From Spirochaetia bacterium (GTDB lineage: Bacteria > Spirochaetota > Spirochaetia > CAKZLE01): a stretch of DNA of 64,000 bases. Shown here in pieces: positions 29,198-39,880 of this stretch; positions within the stretch are counted from its first letter, which is position 1; each line of letters begins with the position of its first letter. The translations under genes were made by a program, and so were the position numbers. Below the pieces are notes generated by a model, which made no database searches, was not told the origin of the DNA, and saw only the letters and a list, made by a program, of their open reading frames with translations. The DNA is taken from contig OY782041.1 of assembly GCA_963677595.1 (NCBI GenBank), positions 1,536,001 to 1,600,000 on the forward strand, read 5' to 3'.

Positions 29198-30942
29198 CGC
29201 AGGGCCTCCTTATCAACTGATCCTTCAAGCTGCCCATACACCCAGCGGTGGTAGGCATCTACCTGCTCGATCTCTTCCGGTGTGAGGAGGGAGCGGTCTA
29301 TGAGTCTCCGCTCATAGGGGCATACTGTCAGGTTCTCGAAGGCCAGGAAGGACCCGAATGCTGTCGTCTCCCCCTCGACCACATAGACCAGGTTCTCGAT
29401 CCTGATCCCATGCTCCCCCTCCCGGTAGAGGCCTGGCTCGTTCGAGACCACCATGCCCGGTCTCAGGGGTACCGTGACCGGGTGGGGGCTGACCCTCTGG
29501 GGGCCTTCATGGACATTGAGCATATGGCCTACGCCGTGGCCCGTCCCATGCCCGTAGTTCATCCCCTCATTCCACATCAGCATCCGGGCGACGGTATCGA
29601 GCTGGTACCCGCAGGTACCTGCTGGGAACTTCTGTCGTCCCAGGGCAAGATGGGCCTTGAGCACCATCGTGTAGTCATGGATCTCCCCAGTCGTCGGCTC
29701 CCCGAAGAGCAGGACCCGCGTCACGTCAGTCGTACCGCCCCGGTACTGTCCGCCGGTATCGAGGACCAGGAGGCCGCTCCCCTCGAGGGCTGCTGCCGAC
29801 TCTTCAGTCGCAGCATAATGGGCCAGTGCCCCATGCCCGCGGAAACCGGCTATGGGGGAGAAGCTCTCCGTGATGAACAGCTCCTGCCGCTTCCTGAAGG
29901 CAAGCAGCTTCTCAGCCAGCAGGATCTCATCCAGCGGCTCTGCGGATGGGTCCCACTGCTCATCGACCCAATGGCGGAAACTGACGAGGGCAGCACCGTC
30001 CTGTCGATGGCTCTCGCGCATACCTTCAAGCTCGACCTCGTTCTTCGTACTCTTCAGGTCCGTGGTGATATCCCTGCCTGAGATGACTTTAGTCGATGCG
30101 TCGAATGCCGCGTAGAGCGCCATATTCACCCGTTCGGGGCAGAGGTAGACCGACAGCTGCCCGGCGGCCAGTTCCTTCAGCCGAAGGACTGCTTCCTCGT
30201 AGGGGTGAAGGATCACCTCATCAGAGAGGGAGTCTATCTTTTTTAGCATCTCCATATTCCCGAACAGGTGGACTTCATCTGCGGTGATGTAGGTGTATGC
30301 GAGGAAGAGCGGGTTGTACGATACATCCCCTCCCCGCAGGTTGAGCAGCCAGGCGATGTCGTCGAGGCTCGAGATGAGCACCGATGCAGCCCCTTTCGCG
30401 GCAGCTTCCCTGCGGACCAAGCCGATCTTATCCTTCCGGCTCATCCCCGTCAGGGAGAGCGGGAGTTCGGTGACAGGCTCCCCGGGGATTGCGGGACGGT
30501 CGGTCCATATGGGCAGCAGCAGGTCCCGTGTTACCTTCAGGGAGATCCCCTTTGCGGAGAGGGTATCGGCAAGTTCCCGATACTGGGCGATACTCACCTC
30601 ATCGGCAAAGACACCGACGGCAGCATCTTCCTCCAGGATTCCCGTAAGCCACTGGGGGTAGTCAGGGACATCGGGCATGCCCATCCTGAACAGGGTGACC
30701 CCTGACCCCTCGAGCTGACCGGCAGCCTGGATGTAATAGCGGGAGTCAGTCCATAACCCTGCTTCTCCTGCCGTCACGACCACCGTACCGGCTGAGCCGG
30801 TGAACCCCGTGATCCATTCCCTCGACCGCCATCGATCACTCACATATTCACTCTGATGGGGATCCGTCCCGAAGATGATCACAGCATCGAGCTGCTCCTC
30901 CCTCATCTGGTCCCTCAGTGCCTCTATTCGATCAGTCATCAT
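29167..30942 (-). CDS. Xaa-Pro aminopeptidase (aminopeptidase P)
   Basis: DPHQSEY, GFTGSAG, DTGGQY..GTTDVTR, HGTGHGVG..LNVHEGP, SNEPG.Y, GIRIEN; start moved to the Met after an AGAGG RBS. Confidence 0.92.
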   Translation of the reverse strand: MMTDRIEALRDQMREEQLDAVIIFGTDPHQSEYVSDRWRSREWITGFTGSAGTVVVTAGEAGLWTDSRYYIQAAGQLEGSGVTLFRMGMPDVPDYPQWLTGILEEDAAVGVFADEVSIAQYRELADTLSAKGISLKVTRDLLLPIWTDRPAIPGEPVTELPLSLTGMSRKDKIGLVRREAAAKGAASVLISSLDDIAWLLNLRGGDVSYNPLFLAYTYITADEVHLFGNMEMLKKIDSLSDEVILHPYEEAVLRLKELAAGQLSVYLCPERVNMALYAAFDASTKVISGRDITTDLKSTKNEVELEGMRESHRQDGAALVSFRHWVDEQWDPSAEPLDEILLAEKLLAFRKRQELFITESFSPIAGFRGHGALAHYAATEESAAALEGSGLLVLDTGGQYRGGTTDVTRVLLFGEPTTGEIHDYTMVLKAHLALGRQKFPAGTCGYQLDTVARMLMWNEGMNYGHGTGHGVGHMLNVHEGPQRVSPHPVTVPLRPGMVVSNEPGLYREGEHGIRIENLVYVVEGETTAFGSFLAFENLTVCPYERRLIDRSLLTPEEIEQVDAYHRWVYGQLEGSVDKEALRWLGAKTAPL

Positions 30943-31015
30943 ACACACCTCTTTCTGTTCAACACGTGCCGTTCCTTCCAAGATACTTCTTCAGGGGGAA
31001 AAGGTATAGGTATAA

Positions 31016-31510
31016 TCACAGAACTTCCCGCTTTTGCAGCGCCTCGAACATCAGGGCCACAGCCGGGCAGTGCCTGCTGTTGATCACGGTCTGCCTGATA
31101 TAGCGGTGGATGTAGCGCTGGTCGGTATGGGGGTACTCCCTGCAGGCTTTCGGCCGCTCGGCATAGATAAGGCACCGGTTATCTCCGCAGAGGAAGGGGC
31201 AGGGATGCTCCCTGAAGATATAGTCACCGTCCTCATCGAGGAGGAGGTATCCCTCGATGACCTCTTTCCGTTTGAGTTTCAGGGCCTTCCCCACCCTCTC
31301 GATGTCCTGCTCGTTGAGCCTGGGGCCGACTGCTGCACAGCAGTTGGCACAGTCGAGGCAGTCGATCCGGCTGAAGGCCTCATCATGCAGTTCCTGAAAC
31401 AGCGCCTGGAGCTGTTTCGGCTTCATCTTCTTCAGCTGCTTCCCAATCTGGGTGATCTGCTGCCGGCGGCTGACCGCCCGCTCGAGGATCCGCTCATACT
31501 CAGCTGTCAT
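31016..31510 (-). CDS. YkgJ family cysteine-cluster protein
   Basis: CLDCANCC, CPFL...C.IY.ERP.ACR.YP; start at MTAEY overlapping upstream stop. Confidence 0.85.
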   Translation of the reverse strand: MTAEYERILERAVSRRQQITQIGKQLKKMKPKQLQALFQELHDEAFSRIDCLDCANCCAAVGPRLNEQDIERVGKALKLKRKEVIEGYLLLDEDGDYIFREHPCPFLCGDNRCLIYAERPKACREYPHTDQRYIHRYIRQTVINSRHCPAVALMFEALQKREVL

Positions 31511-33593
31511 AGAGCTCTTCCATGGAGAACCGGGCGATCGTGAGGTCCCCGCTCCTGATGACCTGTGCCTCCTGGCCGTGAAGATAGATCTGCCCGATCT
31601 TCTGGCCGTCGGCAACATTGAGGAAGACCAGCCCTTTGGCGGGGATACGGCTCTCAAGCTCGATGTACACATTGAACGTGACCCCGTCCCGCTCGTCTAT
31701 CACGTAGTGGGAGTGGATCTCCGAAGCGGGAAAGAGCCTCCCGGTCGTCCCTACCACCCCCCAGGGAGCAGTGTCTGCCTGGTAGAGGCAGATTGACGAG
31801 TACCCCCGGAGCGTGATCTCCTCCCCTGCCGGGTGGAGGACACACTCCTCTGAGAGCGTGCTCTCGAACCAGTACGTCCCCTGTTCAGGGACACGGGCAC
31901 TCCGCTGCATCGGGGAGAGGTTGGCGAGGACACAGTAGGCCTTCCCGTCGATCGAGGCGGTGATCCGATAGCAGTCCCGCTCGTGTGTTATCGCGTGTAT
32001 CTCCTTCTTCCTCATCGGGAAGGAAGAGAGGTACTGCGAGAGGGTCTCCTCACGATAGGTATCGATGCAGTCCGAGGTGAAGACCAGGGAGCCGAGCAGG
32101 TTGTTCAGGAGGAAGAGGGTCTGTTTCTGTTCCGCAGTCAGGGAGGTGTTCTCATCCCTGAGGATGAACACGTCGGGATCATTGTTGAAGAACCGGTTGT
32201 TGAGCTGTGCCCTGCCGATGGTGCTGACCAGGGAGTTGACCGTCGACACCCGTTCCTTGTACCGCACCATCTTCAGGCGCAGGTCCTCCCATCCCAGGGA
32301 GACGTCGGATCCGATCCTGCAGTAGTCGACATAGCCGAAGGCCGCACCGAGCGGCACCCCGCAGCCGAGGATCCTCAGGGGTCCTGCGATCTCCCGGAGG
32401 AACCGCATGGACTCGACCATGATCTGGCCCCGTGACCTCCCGTTCCTCGGGATGATCGCCTCGGCATAGAGGAAGTCGAGTTTCACCATGCGGAAGCCCC
32501 AATCCGAGGAGATCATGTGGAAGACCTGCCGCAGGTACTCCCGTACGTCATGGTGGTAGATATCGAGCACATAGAAGTTCCCGCTCCAGTTGAACGGGTT
32601 ATAGCCTGCGATGATGAACGATCCCTGCTCGTCACGTACCAGCCAGTCTGCATGCTTCTCACAGATGGTCGAGGACTCCTCGGCGACGAAGGGAGCCAGC
32701 CAGAGTCCCGGGTCATACCCCTCTTTGCGTATCTTCGCCGCGACCGGCTTCATCCCGTCCGGGAAGGTGTTCTTGACCATGAGCCAGTCCCCGACAGCCT
32801 GCTGCCACCCATCATCCACCTGGATATAGTCGATCGGGACCGACCGGCTGGAGAACGCCCTCACGTTCTCAAGGATGATCTCCGAAGAGATCTTCTCGTA
32901 ATAGTTATACCAGCTCGTCCAGCCTACAGCCGGCGGGACCGGCTCGGAGTGTTTCCTGAACCCCCGCTCCCAGCTGCCATAACACGTCCCGGCAGACCCA
33001 GTAATGGAGAGAAGGGAGAGCAACTCGCTCTTCTGTGAGATGTGTGCCCCCTCGCACTCCTTGCGGACCACGATCTCGAAACCCTTCGTATCGACCTGGA
33101 AGATCGTGAACCCGTACTGTTCCGAGGTCGACCCGAGCAGGGTCATCGTCTCACTGGAGCCTGTCAGGCAGGTCCAGGTGTAGCTGCTGATCACCCCTTC
33201 CGGGGGCTGGGGGATGGACATATGCTCATCCCCGTAGGTACGCAGGTGATACTTCCTGATCCAGTGGTTGAACACCTTCGACATCTGTTTCTGCGTCTCA
33301 CGAGGAGTGTACTCGCGGGACTCCGTCCAGCTTTGGTACCCGTTGGAGAAGACCGAACCCACCGGCCCGTCATACGAGGCATAGAGGCTGCAGGAATGCA
33401 TGCTGAAGAGGATGTTCTTGTCGGGGATGAGGGTCACCCCTACCTGAAGCTCCCCGCCGGAAGCCCGTGAGGCCCTGCACTCGACCCTGCCGTGGGGGAT
33501 CGCCGATACGCCCTCGGCAGCGAAGCTCTTGTGGTAGAAGATCCCGTCCACATCGTATGATATGACTCCCTTCTTGATCGTGACCTCCGTCAT
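31500..33593 (-). CDS. Alpha-galactosidase family (GH36-like)
   Basis: GWTSWYNYY, QVDDGWQ, FPDGMK, GLWLAPF, KLDFLY, RIGSD, NDPDVFILR. Confidence 0.88.
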   Translation of the reverse strand: MTEVTIKKGVISYDVDGIFYHKSFAAEGVSAIPHGRVECRASRASGGELQVGVTLIPDKNILFSMHSCSLYASYDGPVGSVFSNGYQSWTESREYTPRETQKQMSKVFNHWIRKYHLRTYGDEHMSIPQPPEGVISSYTWTCLTGSSETMTLLGSTSEQYGFTIFQVDTKGFEIVVRKECEGAHISQKSELLSLLSITGSAGTCYGSWERGFRKHSEPVPPAVGWTSWYNYYEKISSEIILENVRAFSSRSVPIDYIQVDDGWQQAVGDWLMVKNTFPDGMKPVAAKIRKEGYDPGLWLAPFVAEESSTICEKHADWLVRDEQGSFIIAGYNPFNWSGNFYVLDIYHHDVREYLRQVFHMISSDWGFRMVKLDFLYAEAIIPRNGRSRGQIMVESMRFLREIAGPLRILGCGVPLGAAFGYVDYCRIGSDVSLGWEDLRLKMVRYKERVSTVNSLVSTIGRAQLNNRFFNNDPDVFILRDENTSLTAEQKQTLFLLNNLLGSLVFTSDCIDTYREETLSQYLSSFPMRKKEIHAITHERDCYRITASIDGKAYCVLANLSPMQRSARVPEQGTYWFESTLSEECVLHPAGEEITLRGYSSICLYQADTAPWGVVGTTGRLFPASEIHSHYVIDERDGVTFNVYIELESRIPAKGLVFLNVADGQKIGQIYLHGQEAQVIRSGDLTIARFSMEELYDS

Positions 33594-34543
33594 CTGCCTG
33601 CCCCGATCCGTGAACGTCTCCGAAGCAGGAGGATCATGAGCGTCCCGGCTATGACCATCAGGAGGCAGAGCAGCTGCCCCATCGAGAAGTTCAACGGGGA
33701 GAGGAAGAGTGCGGTCGGTTCCTGCTCGGCTCCCCAGGCCAGGGCAAAGCCCATATAGGAGTCAGGCTGCCGGAAATACTCGATGACGAACCTCACCAGC
33801 CCGTAGCCTATCAGGTAGATTCCCAGCAGCTGCCCGTGGAATCTCTTACGCTTCCGGAAGATGAACCAGAGCACGAGCCAGAGCACGATACCCTCGAAGA
33901 AGGCCTCATAGAGCTGGGAAGGGTGGCGTGGGAGGTTGACGAGGGACCCTTCCTGATACGGCATGCCGATCTCCTCACAGGTCTCGCGCACCCATGCGAG
34001 CCGGGTCGAGAAGGGTTCTGCGTAGGGGAATACCATACCCCATGACTTCGTCGTGACCCTTCCCCAGAGTTCAGCATTGAAGAAGTTGCCCAGGCGGCCG
34101 AAGGTATATCCAAGGGGGACGCCGAGGATGACCATGTCAGCGAGTTCCAGGAAACTGCGCTTGTACTTACGGGCGAAGAGCAGGCCGCCGACGGCGGCAC
34201 CGATCGCTCCCCCGTGGTAGCTCATCCCGCCGAGACCGGTGAACTTCCCGTCACGGAACGGCCAGAAGATCATCCACGGGTGCGTGATATAATAATGGGA
34301 AGGGTCGTAGACGGTCGTCGCGACGATCCGTGCCCCGATCAGCAGCCCGATGATGCACCAGAGCAGCAGGGAGACGATATCGTCGGTGGTAAGCCCCTTC
34401 TCGGGGGCCTTCCGGACCTGGTAAGCCAGGACCAGGTAGGTCGTCAGGAACGCCAGCACATACATCAGGCCGTACCAGCGGACTGGGAAGCCGGGGATGA
34501 TCTCAGGTGTGATCCAGGCAGGATACGGGATATAGGCAGTCAC
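33590..34543 (-). CDS. lgt: Prolipoprotein diacylglyceryl transferase
   Basis: RWYGLMY, GMSYHGG, GRLGNFFNAELWGR, RHPSQLYE. Confidence 0.96.
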   Translation of the reverse strand: MTAYIPYPAWITPEIIPGFPVRWYGLMYVLAFLTTYLVLAYQVRKAPEKGLTTDDIVSLLLWCIIGLLIGARIVATTVYDPSHYYITHPWMIFWPFRDGKFTGLGGMSYHGGAIGAAVGGLLFARKYKRSFLELADMVILGVPLGYTFGRLGNFFNAELWGRVTTKSWGMVFPYAEPFSTRLAWVRETCEEIGMPYQEGSLVNLPRHPSQLYEAFFEGIVLWLVLWFIFRKRKRFHGQLLGIYLIGYGLVRFVIEYFRQPDSYMGFALAWGAEQEPTALFLSPLNFSMGQLLCLLMVIAGTLMILLLRRRSRIGAGR

Positions 34544-34959
34544 ATGGTCCTCCTCACTGTTGGATGACTCTTCAGGGAGAGAAACTGCAAGGTCCCGAAG
34601 ACCAGGTCCAGCAGGATCACTCCCAGTATCACACAGAATCCGATGAATCCGAACGGGACCTGGTACCTGGCATAGAGCAGTGTCATGATCCCGATCAACC
34701 CTAGGATAACATAAAAACCACGGCTCATACAGAGCATTATCCCCAGCTGCCCAGCATGCTGGTCAAAGAGGAACAGCAGGTACCCTGCTACGACGACGGC
34801 TGCCGGGGCAAGGAGCCAGATCAGGTAGAAGGGGTGGACTGATTCGGAGAAGGTACTCACGAGCGTGCTGTTCACCCGCCACAGCAGGCCGATCCGGATG
34901 ATCTCCCAGATCAGGGCAGCGATTGTCACGATAAAACGGTTATTCCCTGGATGCATCAT
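34540..34959 (-). CDS. Hypothetical membrane protein
   Basis: 4 TM segments; heads lgt operon; TTGACC, 17 bp, TACACT, 6 nt, ATG(34959). Confidence 0.65.
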   Translation of the reverse strand: MMHPGNNRFIVTIAALIWEIIRIGLLWRVNSTLVSTFSESVHPFYLIWLLAPAAVVVAGYLLFLFDQHAGQLGIMLCMSRGFYVILGLIGIMTLLYARYQVPFGFIGFCVILGVILLDLVFGTLQFLSLKSHPTVRRTM

Positions 34960-35023
34960 ATTCAAAGTGTAAACAGCTCGTTCACGGTGGTCAATAGGAA
35001 CTTTTCTATAGTATATTGTGATT

Positions 35024-36433
35024 ATGAGAAAGCAATCCAGAATCTATATCGGCATCTTCGTCCTCGTACTGGCCGGGGTCCTCGGTTTCGGGGTATCCTG
35101 CGCCACGGACTCCCAGCTCGCCGCCGGGGAGGCGCCTGCCCTCGATGAGATCGATATCACGATGCAGCGGCTTGAGAGCCTCTACCGCACCATCGATTCA
35201 GAGTTCCTCTTCGAGGCAGACTCGGAGAAGATCTATGATGAGATGGCACGTGCCCTCTTCAAGGCCCTCGACGACCCCTATTCGGCATACATCACCGAGG
35301 AGGAGTCCCAGGAACTCACCGACCTCGCCTATGGCGCCTACGGCGGCATAGGGGCCTATATATCGAAACCGAACCCCGACACGATCGACCCGAAGGACCC
35401 CGAGACCTATATGGTCACTATTGTCTCCCCCTTCATCGGGTCACCAGCCTATCGTGCAGGGCTGCATGCAGGCGACCTGATCTCCGTCATCGACGGGGAG
35501 GATGTCACAGAACTGACCGTGGAGGAGTCATCAGCCCGACTGCGCGGGGAACCCGGCACGACCGTCACCCTGACCGTCCACCGGGGGAATGCCTCGTTCG
35601 ACTTGAGTTTCGAGCGGGAGATCGTCGAGATACCCACCGTCCAGTATGACATGATCGGGTATGTCGGCTATATCCACATCCTCGAGTTCACCCCCTATAC
35701 CCCCGACAAGGTCATCGAGGCCATGAACTCCTTCTCCAGGACAGGGTTCACTTCCCTGATCATCGACCTGAGGAGCAACCCCGGGGGAAGCGTCGAGGCA
35801 AGCCAGCAGATCGCTGACATGTTCCTCTCCGACAGGGAGGTCTTCACACTCGAGACGAACGATCCCGCCGATACAGCCGAGATCAGGACCCGGAAAGTCA
35901 CCTCGATCCCCGAGGACGTCCCCATCGTCCTGCTGATCGACGGGGGTTCGGCTTCCGCCGCGGAGATCCTTGCCGGCGCGATGAAGGACAATGGGCGGGC
36001 TGTGCTGATCGGCTCCACCTCCTTCGGGAAGGGGCTCGTACAGGGCGTCTATCCCTACGGGAACGACTACTTCAAGCTCACCTCGGCACGGTACCTGACC
36101 CCGAGCGGCGCCGACATCCACAAGATCGGGATCGAACCCGACATCCCCGTGGAACTCGAGGAGCTCACTGATGAACAGGTCGAGGACTACATCGCACTGC
36201 TCAACGATGATGTATTCGGGGACTTCGTTGCCGAACACCCGGAGGAGGACCAATCTGTATCGGATGCGTTCATCAAGTCACTGATCGACGGCGGGACCAG
36301 CCTTACCGAGCGATACCTCCAGAGGATCCTCAGGCTCGAGTACCAGTACCTCATGGATTTCCCGCCGGTATACGACCTGGATTTCGACACAGCCCTGAAC
36401 CGGGCACTGCACTACCTGGAAGAGGGGGAATGA
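35024..36433 (+). CDS. S41 family C-terminal processing protease with PDZ domain
   Basis: LDDPYSAY, GGIG, SPAYRAGL PDZ, DLRSNPGG, SASAAEI, SFGKGLVQ. Confidence 0.92.
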   Translation: MRKQSRIYIGIFVLVLAGVLGFGVSCATDSQLAAGEAPALDEIDITMQRLESLYRTIDSEFLFEADSEKIYDEMARALFKALDDPYSAYITEEESQELTDLAYGAYGGIGAYISKPNPDTIDPKDPETYMVTIVSPFIGSPAYRAGLHAGDLISVIDGEDVTELTVEESSARLRGEPGTTVTLTVHRGNASFDLSFEREIVEIPTVQYDMIGYVGYIHILEFTPYTPDKVIEAMNSFSRTGFTSLIIDLRSNPGGSVEASQQIADMFLSDREVFTLETNDPADTAEIRTRKVTSIPEDVPIVLLIDGGSASAAEILAGAMKDNGRAVLIGSTSFGKGLVQGVYPYGNDYFKLTSARYLTPSGADIHKIGIEPDIPVELEELTDEQVEDYIALLNDDVFGDFVAEHPEEDQSVSDAFIKSLIDGGTSLTERYLQRILRLEYQYLMDFPPVYDLDFDTALNRALHYLEEGE

Positions 36434-36434
36434 C

Positions 36435-36830
36435 ATGATCAAATACCTGGACATACCGACGGACCGGCAGGTCTCCTTCATCGACATCACCGACAAAGTG
36501 AACTCGATCGTCTCTGCCTATGATATCACTGAGGGGACCTGCATAGTCTACTCCCCCCATACCACCTGCGGGGTCACGATAAACGAGAATGCCGACCCCG
36601 ATGTCAGGCGTGACATGATCCGCGAGCTCTCGCGGTTCGTCCCCTTCGAGGACGGCTACCGCCATATGGAGGGGAACTCCGCCGCCCATATCAAGGCAAG
36701 CCTCATGGGGTCCAGCGTCACCATCCCGATCTCCCAGGGGACCCTCCTGCTCGGCACATGGCAGGGGATCTACTTCTGCGAGTTCGACGGCCCGCGCAAG
36801 CGCCATATCACCATCCAGGTGATGCCGTAA
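36435..36830 (+). CDS. yjbQ: YjbQ family protein (UPF0047)
   Basis: HTTCGVTINENADPDV, HMEGNSAAHIK, LGTWQGIYFCEFDGPR. Confidence 0.92.
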   Translation: MIKYLDIPTDRQVSFIDITDKVNSIVSAYDITEGTCIVYSPHTTCGVTINENADPDVRRDMIRELSRFVPFEDGYRHMEGNSAAHIKASLMGSSVTIPISQGTLLLGTWQGIYFCEFDGPRKRHITIQVMP

Positions 36831-36845
36831 CAGCAGGGAGGGATC

Positions 36846-37637
36846 ATGAGAGTATTCCTGCTGCCTGCAGGCTTCAGGGGTGAACGACACCTGGAACTGG
36901 AGGGGAAATCCTACCGCTACCTCATCAAGGTCCTCCGGCTGCGCGAAGGGGCGCAGTTCCCCGGCAGGGATGCACAGGGGAACCTGTGGGACCTCCTGCT
37001 GAACCGGATCGATACCGGGAAGAGGAGTTGTACCGTCACCTGTACCGAACACACACAAGCCATCGGCCATGGGGAGAACTCACTGCCCCCCCAGGAGGCC
37101 CTGCCCGAGATCCATCTCTACCAGTCGGTACTGAAGGGGAAGAAACTCGATACCCTGATCAGGCAGGCTGTCGAGATGGGAGTCTCACGTATCATACCGG
37201 TCCAGAGCGACTATTCAGTCCCTGACTATATGGGGAAGGAGGGAGCCTCGAGGATGAACCGATGGAAGGTTATTAGGGACGAGGCCCTGCAGCAGTGCGG
37301 CTCCCCCATCCTGACGGAGATCGCGGAGCCGATCAGGCTCTCCGGCATCCAGGATGACTGGGCCGGCCGCGGCCTGGGGGTCTTCTTCCACCAGGAGGAA
37401 CTCTCCCCAGTGACGCTGCAGGGTACCATCCAGGGATATGTGCAGCACACAGGCTCAATACCTGCTGTCGCCCTCGTGATCGGTCCCGAAGGTGGCCTCT
37501 CAGACGATGAGGTCGAATGCATGAAAAAAGCCGGTTTCAAACCGGCTTTCCTCAAGACTAATATACTCCGGGCTGAGACCGCGGCTCTCTATGCCACAGC
37601 CTGCACCCAGATGATCCTCACAGAACTGGAATCCTAG
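36846..37637 (+). CDS. rsmE: 16S rRNA m3U1498 methyltransferase
   Basis: KVLRL, EMGV..I.P, EALQQCG, IGPEGGLS, ILRAETA. Confidence 0.92.
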   Translation: MRVFLLPAGFRGERHLELEGKSYRYLIKVLRLREGAQFPGRDAQGNLWDLLLNRIDTGKRSCTVTCTEHTQAIGHGENSLPPQEALPEIHLYQSVLKGKKLDTLIRQAVEMGVSRIIPVQSDYSVPDYMGKEGASRMNRWKVIRDEALQQCGSPILTEIAEPIRLSGIQDDWAGRGLGVFFHQEELSPVTLQGTIQGYVQHTGSIPAVALVIGPEGGLSDDEVECMKKAGFKPAFLKTNILRAETAALYATACTQMILTELES

Positions 37638-39877
37638 AAGAAGTTGAGGGCATCCAGCGAGTAGATGATCTTGTAGACTGCATCAGTCACATCGGAGAGG
37701 CCCTGCAGTACCTGCGTCCCTGCCGGGATCTTGATCTTATCGATGACGAAGATGACATCACCCGGTTCCAGGATCTCCTTCTCGATACTCTCCGTATTCC
37801 AGAAATAGACCGTATCCTTGATGACCCGTCCGGTATGCTTGATGATCGAAATATCATAGTCACGCGCCCGCAGGCCGCCGAGTTCCATCAGGTACTCACG
37901 TATCGTCTTTCCTTCCCGCCACGGCAGTGCGATGGTCGAATCGACATCCCCGAGGATGGAGACGTAGTCCGAACGTTTCGGCACATAGATATAGTCACCC
38001 TCACTGAGGAGGATGTCGTCGGAGGAGGTCGCGAACTCCGCAGCATCTGCGGGCAGTTCCAGGGCAATCCTCCCGAGGAGGTCCCCCTGGTTCTCCATGG
38101 CTGACTCGAGGAGGGTCCGCTGGCCGGCAATCTGGGCCTTGACCAGGTTCTTCTCATCAGCAGAGAGGTCCTCCTGGATCGCAAGGGAAGCCTCGAGGGC
38201 ATCGAGGTCGCTCTGCGTCACGGCGATCCGCTTCTTCAGCTGCTTGAGCTGCTCGTCCTGGATCGACTTCCGGATGAGCACGAGTGCCTGCGGGTATGCC
38301 TGGTCGGTGAACCAGCCGGCATCCTCGAGCACATCAGAGAGGCGCACGCCCTTCGCGTAGGGATAGATCCCGGGGGTGTTCACCTGCCCGAGCACCTGGA
38401 TCCCGAGTGAGAGGTTCGCGTGCTCCTTCTCTACCGCCACGATCATATCGCCGGAGGCAAGTGGTACGTTCTGGGCCGTGTTGCCCGACACATAGAGGTC
38501 GAACAGGTCGACATAGGCGGCAACCACTTCATCCCGGACGATCCGCAGCTCGATGGCAGCGAAGTCCTCGGTGAACTCGACGTCATTGATCACGTCCAGC
38601 ACGGTCAACCCCTCACGGTAGGGAATGACCTCAGCCTCTGAGACCAGTCCCGTGAGCTTCACGGGGTCTACCATGAACCGCTTCTTAGCCGTATAGATCG
38701 TGATCTCATCGTACTGCTGCAGCGGTATATCCTCAGCACTCCCGTCAAGGATGGCCTTCGGGGAGAAGACGATCCCGTCATTCTCATACTCGGCGCTGTC
38801 CCTGAACAGGGTCGCGAATTCCATGTCGGCATTGTACCTGAGCTCTACCCGCTTAAGCAGTTCCGAGACGGTATCAGAGTTCTTGTTGATATCGAAGATC
38901 CCGGGATAGAGGACCGCCCCGCTCACCTTCACGATGTTCGAGGAGACGGTATTGCTCGGCGAGAGCAGGATCAGGTCCCCGTCAGCGAGAAACCGGTCCT
39001 GGATATCGCGGATGTTGGAAGAGGTCTCGACGATCCGGACCTGTTTCCCGTCCTGCTGGATCAGTCGTGCTGAGAGGGCGGCCCCTGCCACCTGCAGCCC
39101 GCCGGCATACTCGAGCAGGTCGTTCACCGTCTCGCCATGAATCATCTCATAGATGCCGGGCCTCTTCACCTGCCCGGTGATGGCACACGATTTCGATACA
39201 GCCGGGACGTTGATGACATCCCCCTCCTGCATCTTCATATCGATCGGTACCCCATCCTGGAACAGGTCATAGAGATCGACCAGGGTGATCTTGCCGTCCC
39301 TTCGCAGCTCGATCCTTCGGAGGGAGCCTTCCGGAGCGATGCCCCCGGCATAGCCGAGGGTCTCCACGATCGACCAGAGGCTGTTGATCGTGACAAGCCC
39401 GGGCCTGTTCACGAAGCCGGTGACATAGATCGTGAAATCATGCAGCTTCGTCAGTGCGACATCGACGGATATATTGTTGTACTTATAGTTCAGGATCTCA
39501 TTGAGGGTCTTCTCGATCTCCGCCAGGGTCCTGCCGTAGGCAGAGATCCGGCCCGCAGGAGCAAGGAACAGTCCCCCGTCCAGATTGACCGTAACCTCAT
39601 AGAGCCCTTCGATGGTCCCGATCTCCACTGAGTCGCCCCAGATGTAGATCCGCAGCTCATCCCCGGGATTCACCGCGTAATCCTTGTCGATAAGGATAGA
39701 GTGAACCGGTACGGTTTCGGAGAGCAGGTCATACCCGTATTGCCTGAGGTCTTCAGCTCCCTCGATCCCGAGACGTCCAAAAGCCTGTTCCGTGGTGGAG
39801 AGACCTGCGGTTTCCGCAGATACCATACCCATCGAACAGAGCAGCAGTAGGCTTATGCCAATCAGTATCTTTCTCAT
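37634..39877 (-). CDS. Polysaccharide export protein with multiple SLBB domains (KpsD/Wza-like)
   Basis: Signal peptide; Y.VNPGDEL.I.IWG poly-export domain; repeated V.G.V..PG.Y SLBB units; coiled-coil insert. Confidence 0.85.
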   Translation of the reverse strand: MRKILIGISLLLLCSMGMVSAETAGLSTTEQAFGRLGIEGAEDLRQYGYDLLSETVPVHSILIDKDYAVNPGDELRIYIWGDSVEIGTIEGLYEVTVNLDGGLFLAPAGRISAYGRTLAEIEKTLNEILNYKYNNISVDVALTKLHDFTIYVTGFVNRPGLVTINSLWSIVETLGYAGGIAPEGSLRRIELRRDGKITLVDLYDLFQDGVPIDMKMQEGDVINVPAVSKSCAITGQVKRPGIYEMIHGETVNDLLEYAGGLQVAGAALSARLIQQDGKQVRIVETSSNIRDIQDRFLADGDLILLSPSNTVSSNIVKVSGAVLYPGIFDINKNSDTVSELLKRVELRYNADMEFATLFRDSAEYENDGIVFSPKAILDGSAEDIPLQQYDEITIYTAKKRFMVDPVKLTGLVSEAEVIPYREGLTVLDVINDVEFTEDFAAIELRIVRDEVVAAYVDLFDLYVSGNTAQNVPLASGDMIVAVEKEHANLSLGIQVLGQVNTPGIYPYAKGVRLSDVLEDAGWFTDQAYPQALVLIRKSIQDEQLKQLKKRIAVTQSDLDALEASLAIQEDLSADEKNLVKAQIAGQRTLLESAMENQGDLLGRIALELPADAAEFATSSDDILLSEGDYIYVPKRSDYVSILGDVDSTIALPWREGKTIREYLMELGGLRARDYDISIIKHTGRVIKDTVYFWNTESIEKEILEPGDVIFVIDKIKIPAGTQVLQGLSDVTDAVYKIIYSLDALNFF

Positions 39878-39880
39878 AGC

